A stretch of 32,595 nt of DNA, from the NCBI GenBank assembly GCA_051652765.1, contig JBOFUV010000109.1, positions 1 through 32,595 on the forward strand, given 5' to 3'. Positions 1 through 8,873 of the stretch are shown one piece after another. Made by a program: the position numbers and the translations under genes. The stretch's first letter is position 1. Each line of letters starts with the position of its first letter. Source of the DNA: Microcoleaceae cyanobacterium. Its GTDB lineage: Bacteria > Cyanobacteriota > Cyanobacteriia > Cyanobacteriales > Microcoleaceae. Below the pieces are notes generated by a model, which worked only from the letters and a program-made list of their open reading frames with translations, was not told where the DNA came from and searched no databases.

Positions 1-939
1 ATGAAAGCGGGTTTTCCAGTTCTGCCTATTTTACCCATTGGACGGGATGCCTTGGGCCATCAAATTCAGGCTGAACTCCTTAGGGAAGCGGTTGCGTCCC
101 AGATGCCCGCTATTGTTACAGAATGGCTAGAAAGCGAACTCTTTCTGCTCCCTCACCTCAAAACTCAGCAATCTACCATTCTGGTTCAACAAGGAGCCCA
201 GCAAGGACTGAGAACGATTTTTACCGAACGTCCCCAAGGGGCTCAACATTTTTTTGAGGCTCTAAAAGCAAGGGTGGATCAACTTCCGGTCGAGATCAAA
301 GCGATCATGATTGGCGATATTCAGGCAGATAGTCCTGTGATTAATCCTGAACTTGCTGGCGCTTGTACTCAGTATTTGGTTAACAGGTTTACCCACCGGG
401 CAATGGTTTTAGCAAATCCCGGCATGAGCCAAATCATCTTGGGTCAGCCCTTTTGGGCGCAATGGCTCCAGCCCTTAAACATTCTGCAGCTTAACGTGGC
501 TGAAATGAGGACGCTTTTGCAACCCTTGATCTCATCCCCTGCCCTAGCAGACATGATTCATTGGCTGAACTCTAAGTCCATTACGGCTGTAATTACTCTG
601 GATCAGTTTGGAGTTGTTGCTTGCTACAAAGAAGGTCAAGAGGGAATCATTCTAGCCAGCGCCGTTGACCTCAAAGATCTCGTAGACACAACAGGAGCAG
701 GAGATGCATTTGCTGCAGCGTTGACCGCTCAACTTGATCCTGAGTTTTCCTTTGCGGACTTCAAAGCAGCGATCGCCGAAGCAAGACTATGGGCAGCTTA
801 TGCCTGTCGATATCTAGGGGGATCTGCCCATTGTCCAACTCAAGACCAGTTGAGTGCATTTAAACAAGCCATTGCTGACCAGGAGAAAAACTCCCCAACG
901 GTTAAGATTGTTGATATCGCTGAGATCCCATGCCTATAG
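1..939 (+). CDS. PfkB/ribokinase-family carbohydrate kinase (may be 5'-truncated by window edge)
   Basis: C-terminal PfkB signature DTTGAGDAF preceded by VITLDQFG; ORF starts at base 1, so the true start may lie upstream. Confidence 0.75.
   Translation: MKAGFPVLPILPIGRDALGHQIQAELLREAVASQMPAIVTEWLESELFLLPHLKTQQSTILVQQGAQQGLRTIFTERPQGAQHFFEALKARVDQLPVEIKAIMIGDIQADSPVINPELAGACTQYLVNRFTHRAMVLANPGMSQIILGQPFWAQWLQPLNILQLNVAEMRTLLQPLISSPALADMIHWLNSKSITAVITLDQFGVVACYKEGQEGIILASAVDLKDLVDTTGAGDAFAAALTAQLDPEFSFADFKAAIAEARLWAAYACRYLGGSAHCPTQDQLSAFKQAIADQEKNSPTVKIVDIAEIPCL
769..776. other. HIP1 octamer GCGATCGC (example of many copies)
   Basis: Also at 1517, 2835 and repeatedly through the window; typical of cyanobacterial DNA. 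Confidence 0.9.
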
Positions 940-981
940 CCCTGCTCAACCCAAATCAACTTGCCCAAATTTGTCCTGGCC

Positions 982-1860
982 ATGACTGAATTTCCAGATC
1001 TGCTTGTTTCTCCCCAGTGGTTAGCGACCCATCTAAATCATCCCAGTCTGGTGATTGTTGACTGTCGTTTTTCTCTGACAAATCCGGAGTTAGGACAGCA
1101 ACAGTATCAACAAGGTCATCTTCCTGGAGCGTTTTATCTGGATCTGAACCGGGATCTGTCCAGTCCCGTCCAAGCCCATGGCGGTCGTCATCCGCTGCCC
1201 AACCCTGAACACTTTGCCCAAACCCTATCTGCAATTGGTATTACCCATTCAGAAACCTTTGTGGTTGCCTATGATGATTCACGATTTGCGTTTGCGGCTC
1301 GTTTGTGGTGGTTATTGCGTTATTTTGGACATGAGCAAGTTGCCATTCTAGACGGAGGATGGAGTCAGTGGCAAGCTCAAGGTCATCCTCTCACCCTTGA
1401 ATTGCCCACGCCTCAACCCGGAAAATTCAACTATCAGCTTCAGTCCGAACGGGTTGTGGATATTCATACTGTCAAAGCCCGTCAAGATCAGCCCGGAGTT
1501 GTATTAGTAGATGCCCGCGATCGCGATCGTTATCTCGGGAAATATGAACCTATAGACCCAGTTGCGGGTCATATTCCGGGATCTGTGAATTATCCTTGGC
1601 AGGATGCAACTGAGGAGTCTGGATTTGCTAGATTGTCTAAACAGAAACAACGGTGGCAAGATCTACAAACTGCCCAAGAAAGTTCTGCAGAAGATGCTCA
1701 GGAAAGTTCCAAGAGAAGCCCTGAAGAAATTATTGTTTACTGTGGTTCGGGAGTAACGGCTTGTGTTAACCTTTGGTCATTAGAGGTAGCAGGAATCTCG
1801 CACGGAAAACTCTATGCCGGAAGTTGGAGTGACTGGTGCTCTTACTTAGGAAAAACATAA
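982..1860 (+). CDS. sseA: Two-domain rhodanese / 3-mercaptopyruvate sulfurtransferase (SseA-like)
   Basis: LVSPQWL, GHLPGA, GGRHPLP, LDGG, GHIPGS, active-site YCGSGVTAC, LYAGSWSDW; ATG at 982 preferred over TTG at 961. Confidence 0.9.
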   Translation: MTEFPDLLVSPQWLATHLNHPSLVIVDCRFSLTNPELGQQQYQQGHLPGAFYLDLNRDLSSPVQAHGGRHPLPNPEHFAQTLSAIGITHSETFVVAYDDSRFAFAARLWWLLRYFGHEQVAILDGGWSQWQAQGHPLTLELPTPQPGKFNYQLQSERVVDIHTVKARQDQPGVVLVDARDRDRYLGKYEPIDPVAGHIPGSVNYPWQDATEESGFARLSKQKQRWQDLQTAQESSAEDAQESSKRSPEEIIVYCGSGVTACVNLWSLEVAGISHGKLYAGSWSDWCSYLGKT

Positions 1861-2153
1861 GATACTAAAGTCACAGCAGTTTTAATACAGCGGTTTTTAA
1901 GGACATCTCAGCCAGTTAAATTTCCCCTTTCAGGGAAGATCTAAGGCGATCACGACGCATCGCCTCTGAGCAAAAGCGACTCAGTTAAGTGGAATCGATT
2001 CATTCGAACATAGAGCCTTTGCCTAACCCTTGGTGTTCGCTATCCCCCTTGACAAGGGAGACTACAGGGGTTCTTCTACTGAATGATGCTTACTTAAAAC
2101 CTACACACTACAATGTGTAAGTTTAATGTATAAACTCAAGGTGCAAACTTAAT

Positions 2154-2984
2154 ATGCAAACTCTAGATAGATCTGCAACCCCCCACGCCACTGATACCTC
2201 TCTAGTTATTGCTGGAAGAACCTTCACCTCTCGCTTGATGACTGGAACAGGCAAGTACCGAAGTCTTGAAGACATGCAGCGTAGCATTGTAGCGAGCGGG
2301 TGCGAGATTGTCACAGTAGCTGTACGACGGGTACAGACCCAAGCTCCTGGCCATGAAGGACTCGCTGAGGCAATTGACTGGACAAAAATCTGGATGCTTC
2401 CCAATACTGCAGGGTGTAAGACAGCCGAAGAAGCCGTCAGAGTGGCCCGACTGGGACGAGAAATGGCGAAGTTACTCGGTCAAGAAGACAACAACTTTAT
2501 CAAGCTCGAAGTGATCCCGGATGCCAAATACCTCCTCCCCGATCCCTTTGGAACTCTAGAAGCAGCAGAAATCTTAGTGAAGGAAGGGTTTGCTGTATTG
2601 CCCTACATCAACGCCGATCCGTTGCTAGCCAAACGTTTGGAAGAAGCTGGCTGTGCAACCGTGATGCCCTTGGGTTCTCCGATTGGTTCGGGTCAGGGCA
2701 TCAAAAATGCGGCGAATATTCAAATCATCATTGACAATGCTCAAGTTCCCGTCGTTGTGGATGCTGGGATTGGGGCCCCGAGTGAAGCCGCCAGTGCTAT
2801 GGAAATGGGCGCTGATGCCCTGTTAATTAACTCAGCGATCGCCCTAGCCCAAAATTCCGCCGGAATGGCAAGAGCCATGGGCTTAGCCACAGAAGCAGGT
2901 CGCTTGGCTTATCTTGCCGGACGGATTCCAGTCAAGGATTATGCGGTAGCCTCCTCTCCTCTCACAGGCACAATTGCCCCCTAA
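2154..2984 (+). CDS. thiG: Thiazole synthase
   Basis: [48 protein letters not shown]. Confidence 0.97.
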   Translation: MQTLDRSATPHATDTSLVIAGRTFTSRLMTGTGKYRSLEDMQRSIVASGCEIVTVAVRRVQTQAPGHEGLAEAIDWTKIWMLPNTAGCKTAEEAVRVARLGREMAKLLGQEDNNFIKLEVIPDAKYLLPDPFGTLEAAEILVKEGFAVLPYINADPLLAKRLEEAGCATVMPLGSPIGSGQGIKNAANIQIIIDNAQVPVVVDAGIGAPSEAASAMEMGADALLINSAIALAQNSAGMARAMGLATEAGRLAYLAGRIPVKDYAVASSPLTGTIAP

Positions 2985-3054
2985 CGAAACCCTAACTAAA
3001 GGGAACAAAATTTGTTACTCTAAGTTAAATCAATGTTATTGAGGATGTTTACCT

Positions 3055-3225
3055 ATGCCTTACACCCTGGAAGATGGAAAGCTGAATAATTTTGCGGCTG
3101 AGCCAAAAGTCTATGAAGCAGAACCCCCAACTCAGAACCAGAAACGCAATTTTGTGATTTTGGGAGTTTTAGGAACCCTGTTAGTGACTGGGTTAATCAT
3201 CGTGGCGATAGCAGTTTCAGGTTAA
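3055..3225 (+). CDS. psb34: Ssl1498/Psb34-family small membrane protein (56 aa; absent from ORF track)
   Basis: Own translation MPYTLEDGKLNNFAAEPKVYEAEPPTQNQKRNFVILGVLGTLLVTGLIIVAIAVSG*; GxLNNFAxEPKVY motif plus one C-terminal TM helix; GAGGA upstream. Confidence 0.8.
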   Translation: MPYTLEDGKLNNFAAEPKVYEAEPPTQNQKRNFVILGVLGTLLVTGLIIVAIAVSG

Positions 3226-3530
3226 GATTTTAAGATTGATTAGAACCTGAGACTCTGTATTGTTTATTAGAATGTTCAATATTAGATTGAATATTCAGAG
3301 GCTAATTTAGCCTGAAGCCTGTGAGGGAACTGAGCTGAGTAATCTGATAGCATTCGTCCCAATCATTGGCTGAAGATACTGAAGATCAAGTGATACGGCA
3401 GGCAGTTCCCGGCATTTCAGTTCTAATCTATTTTTGGATCGGATTGAAACCTGTTTGTTTTTTAGCTTTTTTTTGACAATTTATTTTTGACAATTTATTA
3501 AAGTTTTAAAGCAATCAAAGCCAGAGTTAA

Positions 3531-3570
3531 AATAAGAGCATCTGAAGCTTCAGGTGCTCTTTTATTTTCT
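3531..3570. terminator. Probable intrinsic (possibly bidirectional) terminator
   Basis: Stem AAGAGCATCTGAA / TTCAGGTGCTCTT flanked by an A-rich 5' tract and a T-rich 3' tract. Confidence 0.55.
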
Positions 3571-3719
3571 AGTTTTACCTTTTGGCAGACAAAGTGAGAC
3601 TGGAGAATAGAAACCCTATCGGCCAACAGGGTAGGTAGTTCCTATTCACTCTTGACCAATGTCCTCAGAGGTCATATAGGTAAAGGTAAAGTTTTATAGC
3701 AGAAAGGAGCTAGTTAAGA

Positions 3720-5204
3720 ATGTACATCGTACAAGTCGCTGCTGAATGTGCCCCTGTTATCAAAGCTGGAGGCTTGGGCGATGTGGTGTATGGACTCAGT
3801 GCAGAGCTTGAGACTCAGGGTCACACTGTTGAAATTATTCTGCCGAAATATGACTGTATGCGATACGACCATATTTGGGGAATTCATGAGGCGTATCGAG
3901 ACCTGCAGGTTCCCTGGTACAAGGGAGTGATTTCCTGTACTGTCTATTGCGGCTGGGTGTATGGGCGGCTCTGCTTCTTTATTGAACCTGATTCTGAAGA
4001 TAATTTCTTCAATCGAGGTCTTTACTACGGTGCGGTTGATGACCACTTACGGTTTGCCTTCTTCAGTAAGGCTGCCTTAGAATTTTTGCTGCAAACGAAC
4101 AAGCGCCCCGATGTCATTCACTGCCATGATTGGCAAACCGGATTATTGCCTGTGATGCTCTATGAGATGTATAAGTTTCATGGACTGGGCCACCAACGGG
4201 TTTGCTACACGATTCACAACTTCAAACATCAAGGGGTTGCTGGAGCTAATGTTCTCTGGGCTACGGGGTTGAATCGCCAAGAGTATTACTTCAATCCAGA
4301 CCGTTTGCAGGATAACACCCATGACACAGCAATTAACTTCATGAAAGGGGGAATTGTCTATTCCAACTATGTGAATACGGTCTCTCCTCACCATGCTTGG
4401 GAGGCGCGTTTTTCTGAGGTTGGTTGTGGACTACAGGAAACCTTGAATCAACACCACTACAAATTTGGCGGGATTCTCAACGGAATTGACTATGAGGTCT
4501 GGAATCCAGAGGTTGATCGCTACATTCCCGAACATTACAGTGTGGATGATTTGACCGCGAAGGAAAAGAATAAAAAAGCCCTCCAGGAACGTCTCTGGTT
4601 AAGCTATAGTGACAAGCCAATTGTGGCTTACATTGGTCGCTTAGATCGTCAGAAGGGAGTCCATTTAGTTCATCATGCCTTGTACTATTCCCTGCATCAT
4701 GAAGCTCAATTTGTGTTGTTGGGATCAGCAACAGAATCTGGAATTCATAACTGGTTCTGGCATGAAAAAAATCATCTGAATGAGAATTCTGATTGTCATT
4801 TAGAACTCAGCTTTAATGAAGAACTATCCCACTTGATTTATGCCGGGGCAGATCTGATTATTGTGCCTAGCAATTATGAACCCTGTGGATTAACTCAAAT
4901 GATTGGGCTAAAGTATGGCACAGTTCCGATTGTTCGAGGAGTGGGAGGTCTAGTCAATACCGTATTTGATCGGGATTATGATTACAATCGACCCCCAGAA
5001 GAACGCAATGGCTACGTCTTTTATCAAACCGACAACGAAGCCTTAGAATCTGCGCTAGACCGAGCGATTGATCTCTGGTACAAGGAACCCGAAGAGTTTC
5101 AACAACTGATTCGTCAAGGGATGACCTGTGACTACTCTTGGAATTATCCCGCCACTCAGTATATTGAGGTCTATGACTATATCCGACATAAGGTAAGTCT
5201 CTAG
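3720..5204 (+). CDS. glgA: Glycogen synthase
   Basis: AECAPVIKAGGLGDV (KxGGL), HCHDWQTG, TIHN, GILNGID, PSNYEPCGLTQM. Confidence 0.96.
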   Translation: MYIVQVAAECAPVIKAGGLGDVVYGLSAELETQGHTVEIILPKYDCMRYDHIWGIHEAYRDLQVPWYKGVISCTVYCGWVYGRLCFFIEPDSEDNFFNRGLYYGAVDDHLRFAFFSKAALEFLLQTNKRPDVIHCHDWQTGLLPVMLYEMYKFHGLGHQRVCYTIHNFKHQGVAGANVLWATGLNRQEYYFNPDRLQDNTHDTAINFMKGGIVYSNYVNTVSPHHAWEARFSEVGCGLQETLNQHHYKFGGILNGIDYEVWNPEVDRYIPEHYSVDDLTAKEKNKKALQERLWLSYSDKPIVAYIGRLDRQKGVHLVHHALYYSLHHEAQFVLLGSATESGIHNWFWHEKNHLNENSDCHLELSFNEELSHLIYAGADLIIVPSNYEPCGLTQMIGLKYGTVPIVRGVGGLVNTVFDRDYDYNRPPEERNGYVFYQTDNEALESALDRAIDLWYKEPEEFQQLIRQGMTCDYSWNYPATQYIEVYDYIRHKVSL

Positions 5205-5338
5205 AAAGTAAGTCTCCAGAAGGCTGCTGAAAAAGTTAAGTTTGGTAACAAGTATTATCAAAATGTTGAGATTCTTTCCAAAACCTGATCCAACCTCTAA
5301 TCTAGAAATTTAAGAGTAATGTCATCAGCAGTGTCAAT

Positions 5339-5644
5339 ATGGATAAGCTACAAAAGTATCGTATGAACTGTACCCTAACCTTTGGGGATATCTATGGCCA
5401 AATCATGGTCTGGTTAATTGTTATTTTCTTCGCCTTGGCTTCCGCTTTAGCATTGTGGAGCAGCTCTCGCCAGATTTTTGCCTTAGCAACGGTTGGGTTG
5501 ATTGTTGTACTTTCCTTACCGTTTCTCCTATTTGCCTTCGTTACAACCTTGCTCAATCATATTGAGTTTATCCCAGCGGAGGAGATTGAGGAAGATTTTG
5601 AGCGGAGCATCATGGGTCAACAGACTCCCCAAATTGTGGGATAA
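5339..5644 (+). CDS. Small hypothetical membrane protein (two TM helices)
   Basis: CTLTFGDIYGQI followed by two hydrophobic segments; resembles a conserved cyanobacterial hypothetical family. Confidence 0.75.
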   Translation: MDKLQKYRMNCTLTFGDIYGQIMVWLIVIFFALASALALWSSSRQIFALATVGLIVVLSLPFLLFAFVTTLLNHIEFIPAEEIEEDFERSIMGQQTPQIVG

Positions 5645-5708
5645 AATTGCAGGGTTAGAGCAGTCGATTAAGACGATCACTTAAAGATCATTTCAAGAAA
5701 AAGCAAGT

Positions 5709-5853
5709 TACAGCGGTTTTTAAAATTAACAAAGGAAATAAAGAAAAGCTCAGCCCCTCAAGTCGCCTTTTTCTAGACGCGAAGCGACTCCTCGTTAGAG
5801 TAGGGAGATTTAAGGGGATCACTCGTTATCGCGCCCGAACAAAAACGGCTGTA
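5709..5853. mobile_element. MITE-like element with 13-bp terminal inverted repeats
   Basis: TACAGCGGTTTTT (5709-5721) and AAAAACGGCTGTA (5841-5853), one mismatch, TA at both ends; the same left end recurs near 1886. Confidence 0.55.
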
Positions 5854-5956
5854 GATCAGTAATCGGTTTATTAAGAACTTCCTTGATTTCTCACGGGGAG
5901 GTTTTTTTGTGATGCACCATAGAACTAGTGGAGAACCTGAACAGAGTAGAGAAACG

Positions 5957-7735
5957 ATGCTAGAACACGATGTCGTGATTATCGGTGGCGGTTTGGCAGG
6001 CAGCCGCGCTGCGGTAGAAATTGCCCGCAGAGATCCAAGATTAAAGATAGCCGTTGTCGCTAAAACCCATCCGATTCGCTCCCACTCCGTTGCGGCCCAG
6101 GGTGGCATTGCCGCCAGCCTAAAAAATGTTGATTCTGAGGATTCCTGGGAAGCCCATGCCTTTGACACCGTTAAGGGGTCTGATTACCTCGCTGATCAAG
6201 ATGCCGTAGAAATCCTGACGAACGAGGCCCCTGAGGTAATTATTGACCTAGAACACATGGGAGTGTTGTTTTCTCGATTGGCAGATGGGCGAATTGCTCA
6301 ACGGGCCTTCGGGGGGCACTCTCACAATCGCACCTGTTACGCTGCGGATAAAACAGGTCATGCCATCCTCCATGAATTGGTGAACAATTTACGTCGCTAC
6401 GGGGTTCAGATTTACGACGAATGGTATGTGATGCGGTTGGTGTTAGAGGAGGGACAAGCTAAGGGTGTGGTAATGTACCACATTGAAACCGGAGAACTTG
6501 TGGTTGTGCGAGCCAAGGCGGTGATGTTTGCGACTGGAGGCTATGGCAGGGTCTTCAACACCACCTCGAATGACTATGCCTCAACGGGGGACGGCTTGGC
6601 CATGGCGGCTTTAGCCGGGATTCCGCTACAAGATATCGAATTTGTGCAATTTCATCCAACGGGGCTGTATCCCGTTGGGGTATTAATTTCTGAAGCCGTC
6701 CGGGGGGAAGGAGCGTATTTGGTTAATAGCGAGGGCGATCGCTTTATGGCCAACTATGCCCCCAGTCGTATGGAACTTGCCCCAAGGGACATTACATCAC
6801 GGGCGATTACCTTGGAAATTCGGGCGGGACGGGGGATTCATCCTGACGGTAGCGCGGGCGGGCCATTTGTTTATCTTGACTTGCGTCATCTGGGACGGGA
6901 AAAAATCATGAGTCGGATTCCGTTCTGTTGGGAAGAAGCCCATCGGTTGCTGGGGGTTGATGCGGTGGAACAGCCCATGCCTGTCCGTCCGACGGTTCAC
7001 TATTCGATGGGAGGGATTCCAACTAATGTAAATGGTCAGGTGATTCTCAGTTCAGCCTTGCCCAGCGATTTTAAATTTGACCCCAATGACCCAATTTCAC
7101 CTCAGGATCATTTGGTGGACGGTTTATTTGCCGCTGGAGAGGCGGCCTGTGTCTCTGTCCATGGGGCCAATCGTTTGGGCAGTAACTCCCTGTTGGAATG
7201 TGTGGTCTATGGGCGCAGAACGGGAGCGGCGATCGCCCAATTTGTGCAGGGACGCAAGTTTCCAGAGGTCGATGAGCAACAATATCTTCAGGAGGCCCAT
7301 AACCAAATTCAAGCTTTATTGGGTCGTTCCGGAAAGGTACGGATTCATCAGGTTCGGCAGGAGTTTCAAGATGTGATGACCAGTCATTGTGGCGTGTTCA
7401 GGACTGAGTCTGTGATGCAAGAAGGGTTAGCAAAAATTCACCACTTGCAGGAGAAATACCAAGAGATTTACCTGGATGACCCCGGCAAATTATGGAATAC
7501 CGAGGTGATTGAAGCCCTGGAATTGCGAAGTCTGATGATTGTGGGTCAGATGATTTTAACCTCGGCCTTGAACCGCCAAGAAAGTCGCGGGGCCCACAGT
7601 CGAGAAGATTACCCTCAGCGAGACGACACCCATTTCCTCAAGCATACCTTGACTTATTATTCTCCAGCGGGGATTGATTTGTCCTACCGTCCGGTGAAAT
7701 TTACTCGTTTTCAACCCCAGGAACGCAAATACTAG
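5957..7735 (+). CDS. sdhA: Succinate dehydrogenase/fumarate reductase flavoprotein subunit
   Basis: [18 protein letters not shown] (FAD-linked His), [40 protein letters not shown] at 5957 preferred. Confidence 0.96.
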   Translation: MLEHDVVIIGGGLAGSRAAVEIARRDPRLKIAVVAKTHPIRSHSVAAQGGIAASLKNVDSEDSWEAHAFDTVKGSDYLADQDAVEILTNEAPEVIIDLEHMGVLFSRLADGRIAQRAFGGHSHNRTCYAADKTGHAILHELVNNLRRYGVQIYDEWYVMRLVLEEGQAKGVVMYHIETGELVVVRAKAVMFATGGYGRVFNTTSNDYASTGDGLAMAALAGIPLQDIEFVQFHPTGLYPVGVLISEAVRGEGAYLVNSEGDRFMANYAPSRMELAPRDITSRAITLEIRAGRGIHPDGSAGGPFVYLDLRHLGREKIMSRIPFCWEEAHRLLGVDAVEQPMPVRPTVHYSMGGIPTNVNGQVILSSALPSDFKFDPNDPISPQDHLVDGLFAAGEAACVSVHGANRLGSNSLLECVVYGRRTGAAIAQFVQGRKFPEVDEQQYLQEAHNQIQALLGRSGKVRIHQVRQEFQDVMTSHCGVFRTESVMQEGLAKIHHLQEKYQEIYLDDPGKLWNTEVIEALELRSLMIVGQMILTSALNRQESRGAHSREDYPQRDDTHFLKHTLTYYSPAGIDLSYRPVKFTRFQPQERKY

Positions 7736-7753
7736 TTTTAAACCATCGGCGTT

Positions 7754-8008
7754 TTGGCACTGACCAATCTGGGCACTGCTTACAATTCACTGAGCCAGTC
7801 TCAGAAGGCAATCGAGTTCTTTCAACAATCGGTGCAGGTGACAGAAACGATTCGGGCTCAAATTTCTGCTGCGTCTCAGAAAGCTTACATGGCGACTGCT
7901 ATAACTAATCGGCGAAGCTCAATAAAGGTTCAGCAGGTTGCAACCCGTCTTTCAGTTGAAGAGGGGAGTAGACTTGATTCTGCGTCAGAAATTGCTTGCT
8001 TTGGCTAG
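7754..8008 (+). pseudogene. TPR-repeat gene fragment
   Basis: ALTNLGTAYNSLSQSQKAIEFFQQSVQVTETIRAQI is a single cyanobacterial-type TPR followed by the kind of linker that precedes CHAT domains; no good start and a degenerate tail. Confidence 0.6.
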
Positions 8009-8096
8009 GGTAAATTCGATGGCGCTTTAACCTGAACTTGCCCTCGCCTTGATGTTGCTCAAGCCTCATAAGCGCCTTTATTTTCAGCAAGGTCGC

Positions 8097-8239
8097 GCGA
8101 TGTGCAACTTTCCTGATTGCCTCACCACCCTAAATCCCTCTTCCGCTCTGGGAGAGGGACTTTAACCGATTCTAGCTCCCCTTCTCCCAAGGCAGGAGAA
8201 GGGGCTGGGGGATGAGGGATGACGTTAGTTGCACATCGC
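8097..8239. mobile_element. MITE-like/short dispersed repeat composite
   Basis: Perfect 13-bp inverted repeat GCGATGTGCAACT / AGTTGCACATCGC enclosing hairpins TCCCTCT..AGAGGGA and CCCCTTCTCC..GGAGAAGGGG; AAGGTC on both flanks. Confidence 0.6.
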
Positions 8240-8290
8240 ATAAGGTCTGAACGATCTATCCTTCATCCAGCAAACATCCTCTTGAAGGGC

Positions 8291-8526
8291 GTGAGATCAA
8301 CGCGGGTTTAGTGTGAGATCAACGCGGGTTTAGTAAAAGATCAATGCGGGTTTAGTAAAAGATCAACGCGGGTTTAGTGTGAGATCAATGCGGGTTTAGT
8401 AAAAGATCAACGCGGGTTTAGTAAAAGATCAACGCAGGTATGGTGTGAGATCAACGCGGGCATGGTGTGAGATCAATGCGGGTTTAGTGAAAGATCAACG
8501 CGGGTTTGATGTGAGATCAATGCGGG
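8291..8526. repeat. Tandem array of a 22-bp unit, 10 full copies plus 1 partial
   Basis: Unit (GTG/AAA)AGATCAAYGCGGGTTTAGT starting at 8291, 8313, 8335, 8357, 8379, 8401, 8423, 8445, 8467, 8489, 8511. Confidence 0.95.
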
Positions 8527-8636
8527 AGCGGGTCGCTGTTAACGAGCAAATGCTTTACGATAGCCTTGATCTTTCTCCGCGATCAACACGGGCAGAATGG
8601 TCTGGGCATCGTAACAACTGAATCGGTGAATTTTGC

Positions 8637-8667
8637 GAGTAGGGGTTGGGTCACCCAACCCCTACTC
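8637..8667. repeat. GTAG-type REP-like palindrome
   Basis: GAGTAGGGGTTGGGT-C-ACCCAACCCCTACTC, perfect 15-bp arms. Confidence 0.75.
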
Positions 8668-8719
8668 AGGTTTCCAACTAATCGGAGTTGAGTTTGCAGT
8701 TGATTTCGCAGATGAAAAA

Positions 8720-8764
8720 TTAGTAACCAATAATTTAGTAACCAATAATTTAGTAACCAATAAT
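8720..8764. repeat. AT-rich 15-bp tandem repeat x3
   Basis: TTAGTAACCAATAAT at 8720, 8735, 8750. Confidence 0.9.
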
Positions 8765-8873
8765 AGAGTTAGCCATTGTTAGCTTTGTAACTGTCTGGCA
8801 AACCCAAACATTGTCCAGGTCGAATAAGATGATGAAATAACTAGGGCTTCAGTCGTGGGGGAGGTTTGCAGTT

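Noticed and set aside
1861..2153. TPP riboswitch upstream of thiG
   Set aside because: No convincing CTGAGA...ACCTGAT...GCGxAGG core; the region contains decayed dispersed repeats instead.
5189..5221. Short tandem duplication (AAGTAAGTCTCYAGA) at the glgA stop; also TTTTGACAATTTAT x2 near 3471-3498
   Set aside because: Simple slippage duplications with no evident function.
8291..8526. CRISPR array
   Set aside because: Units are contiguous 22-mers with no unique spacers, and there are no cas genes in the window.
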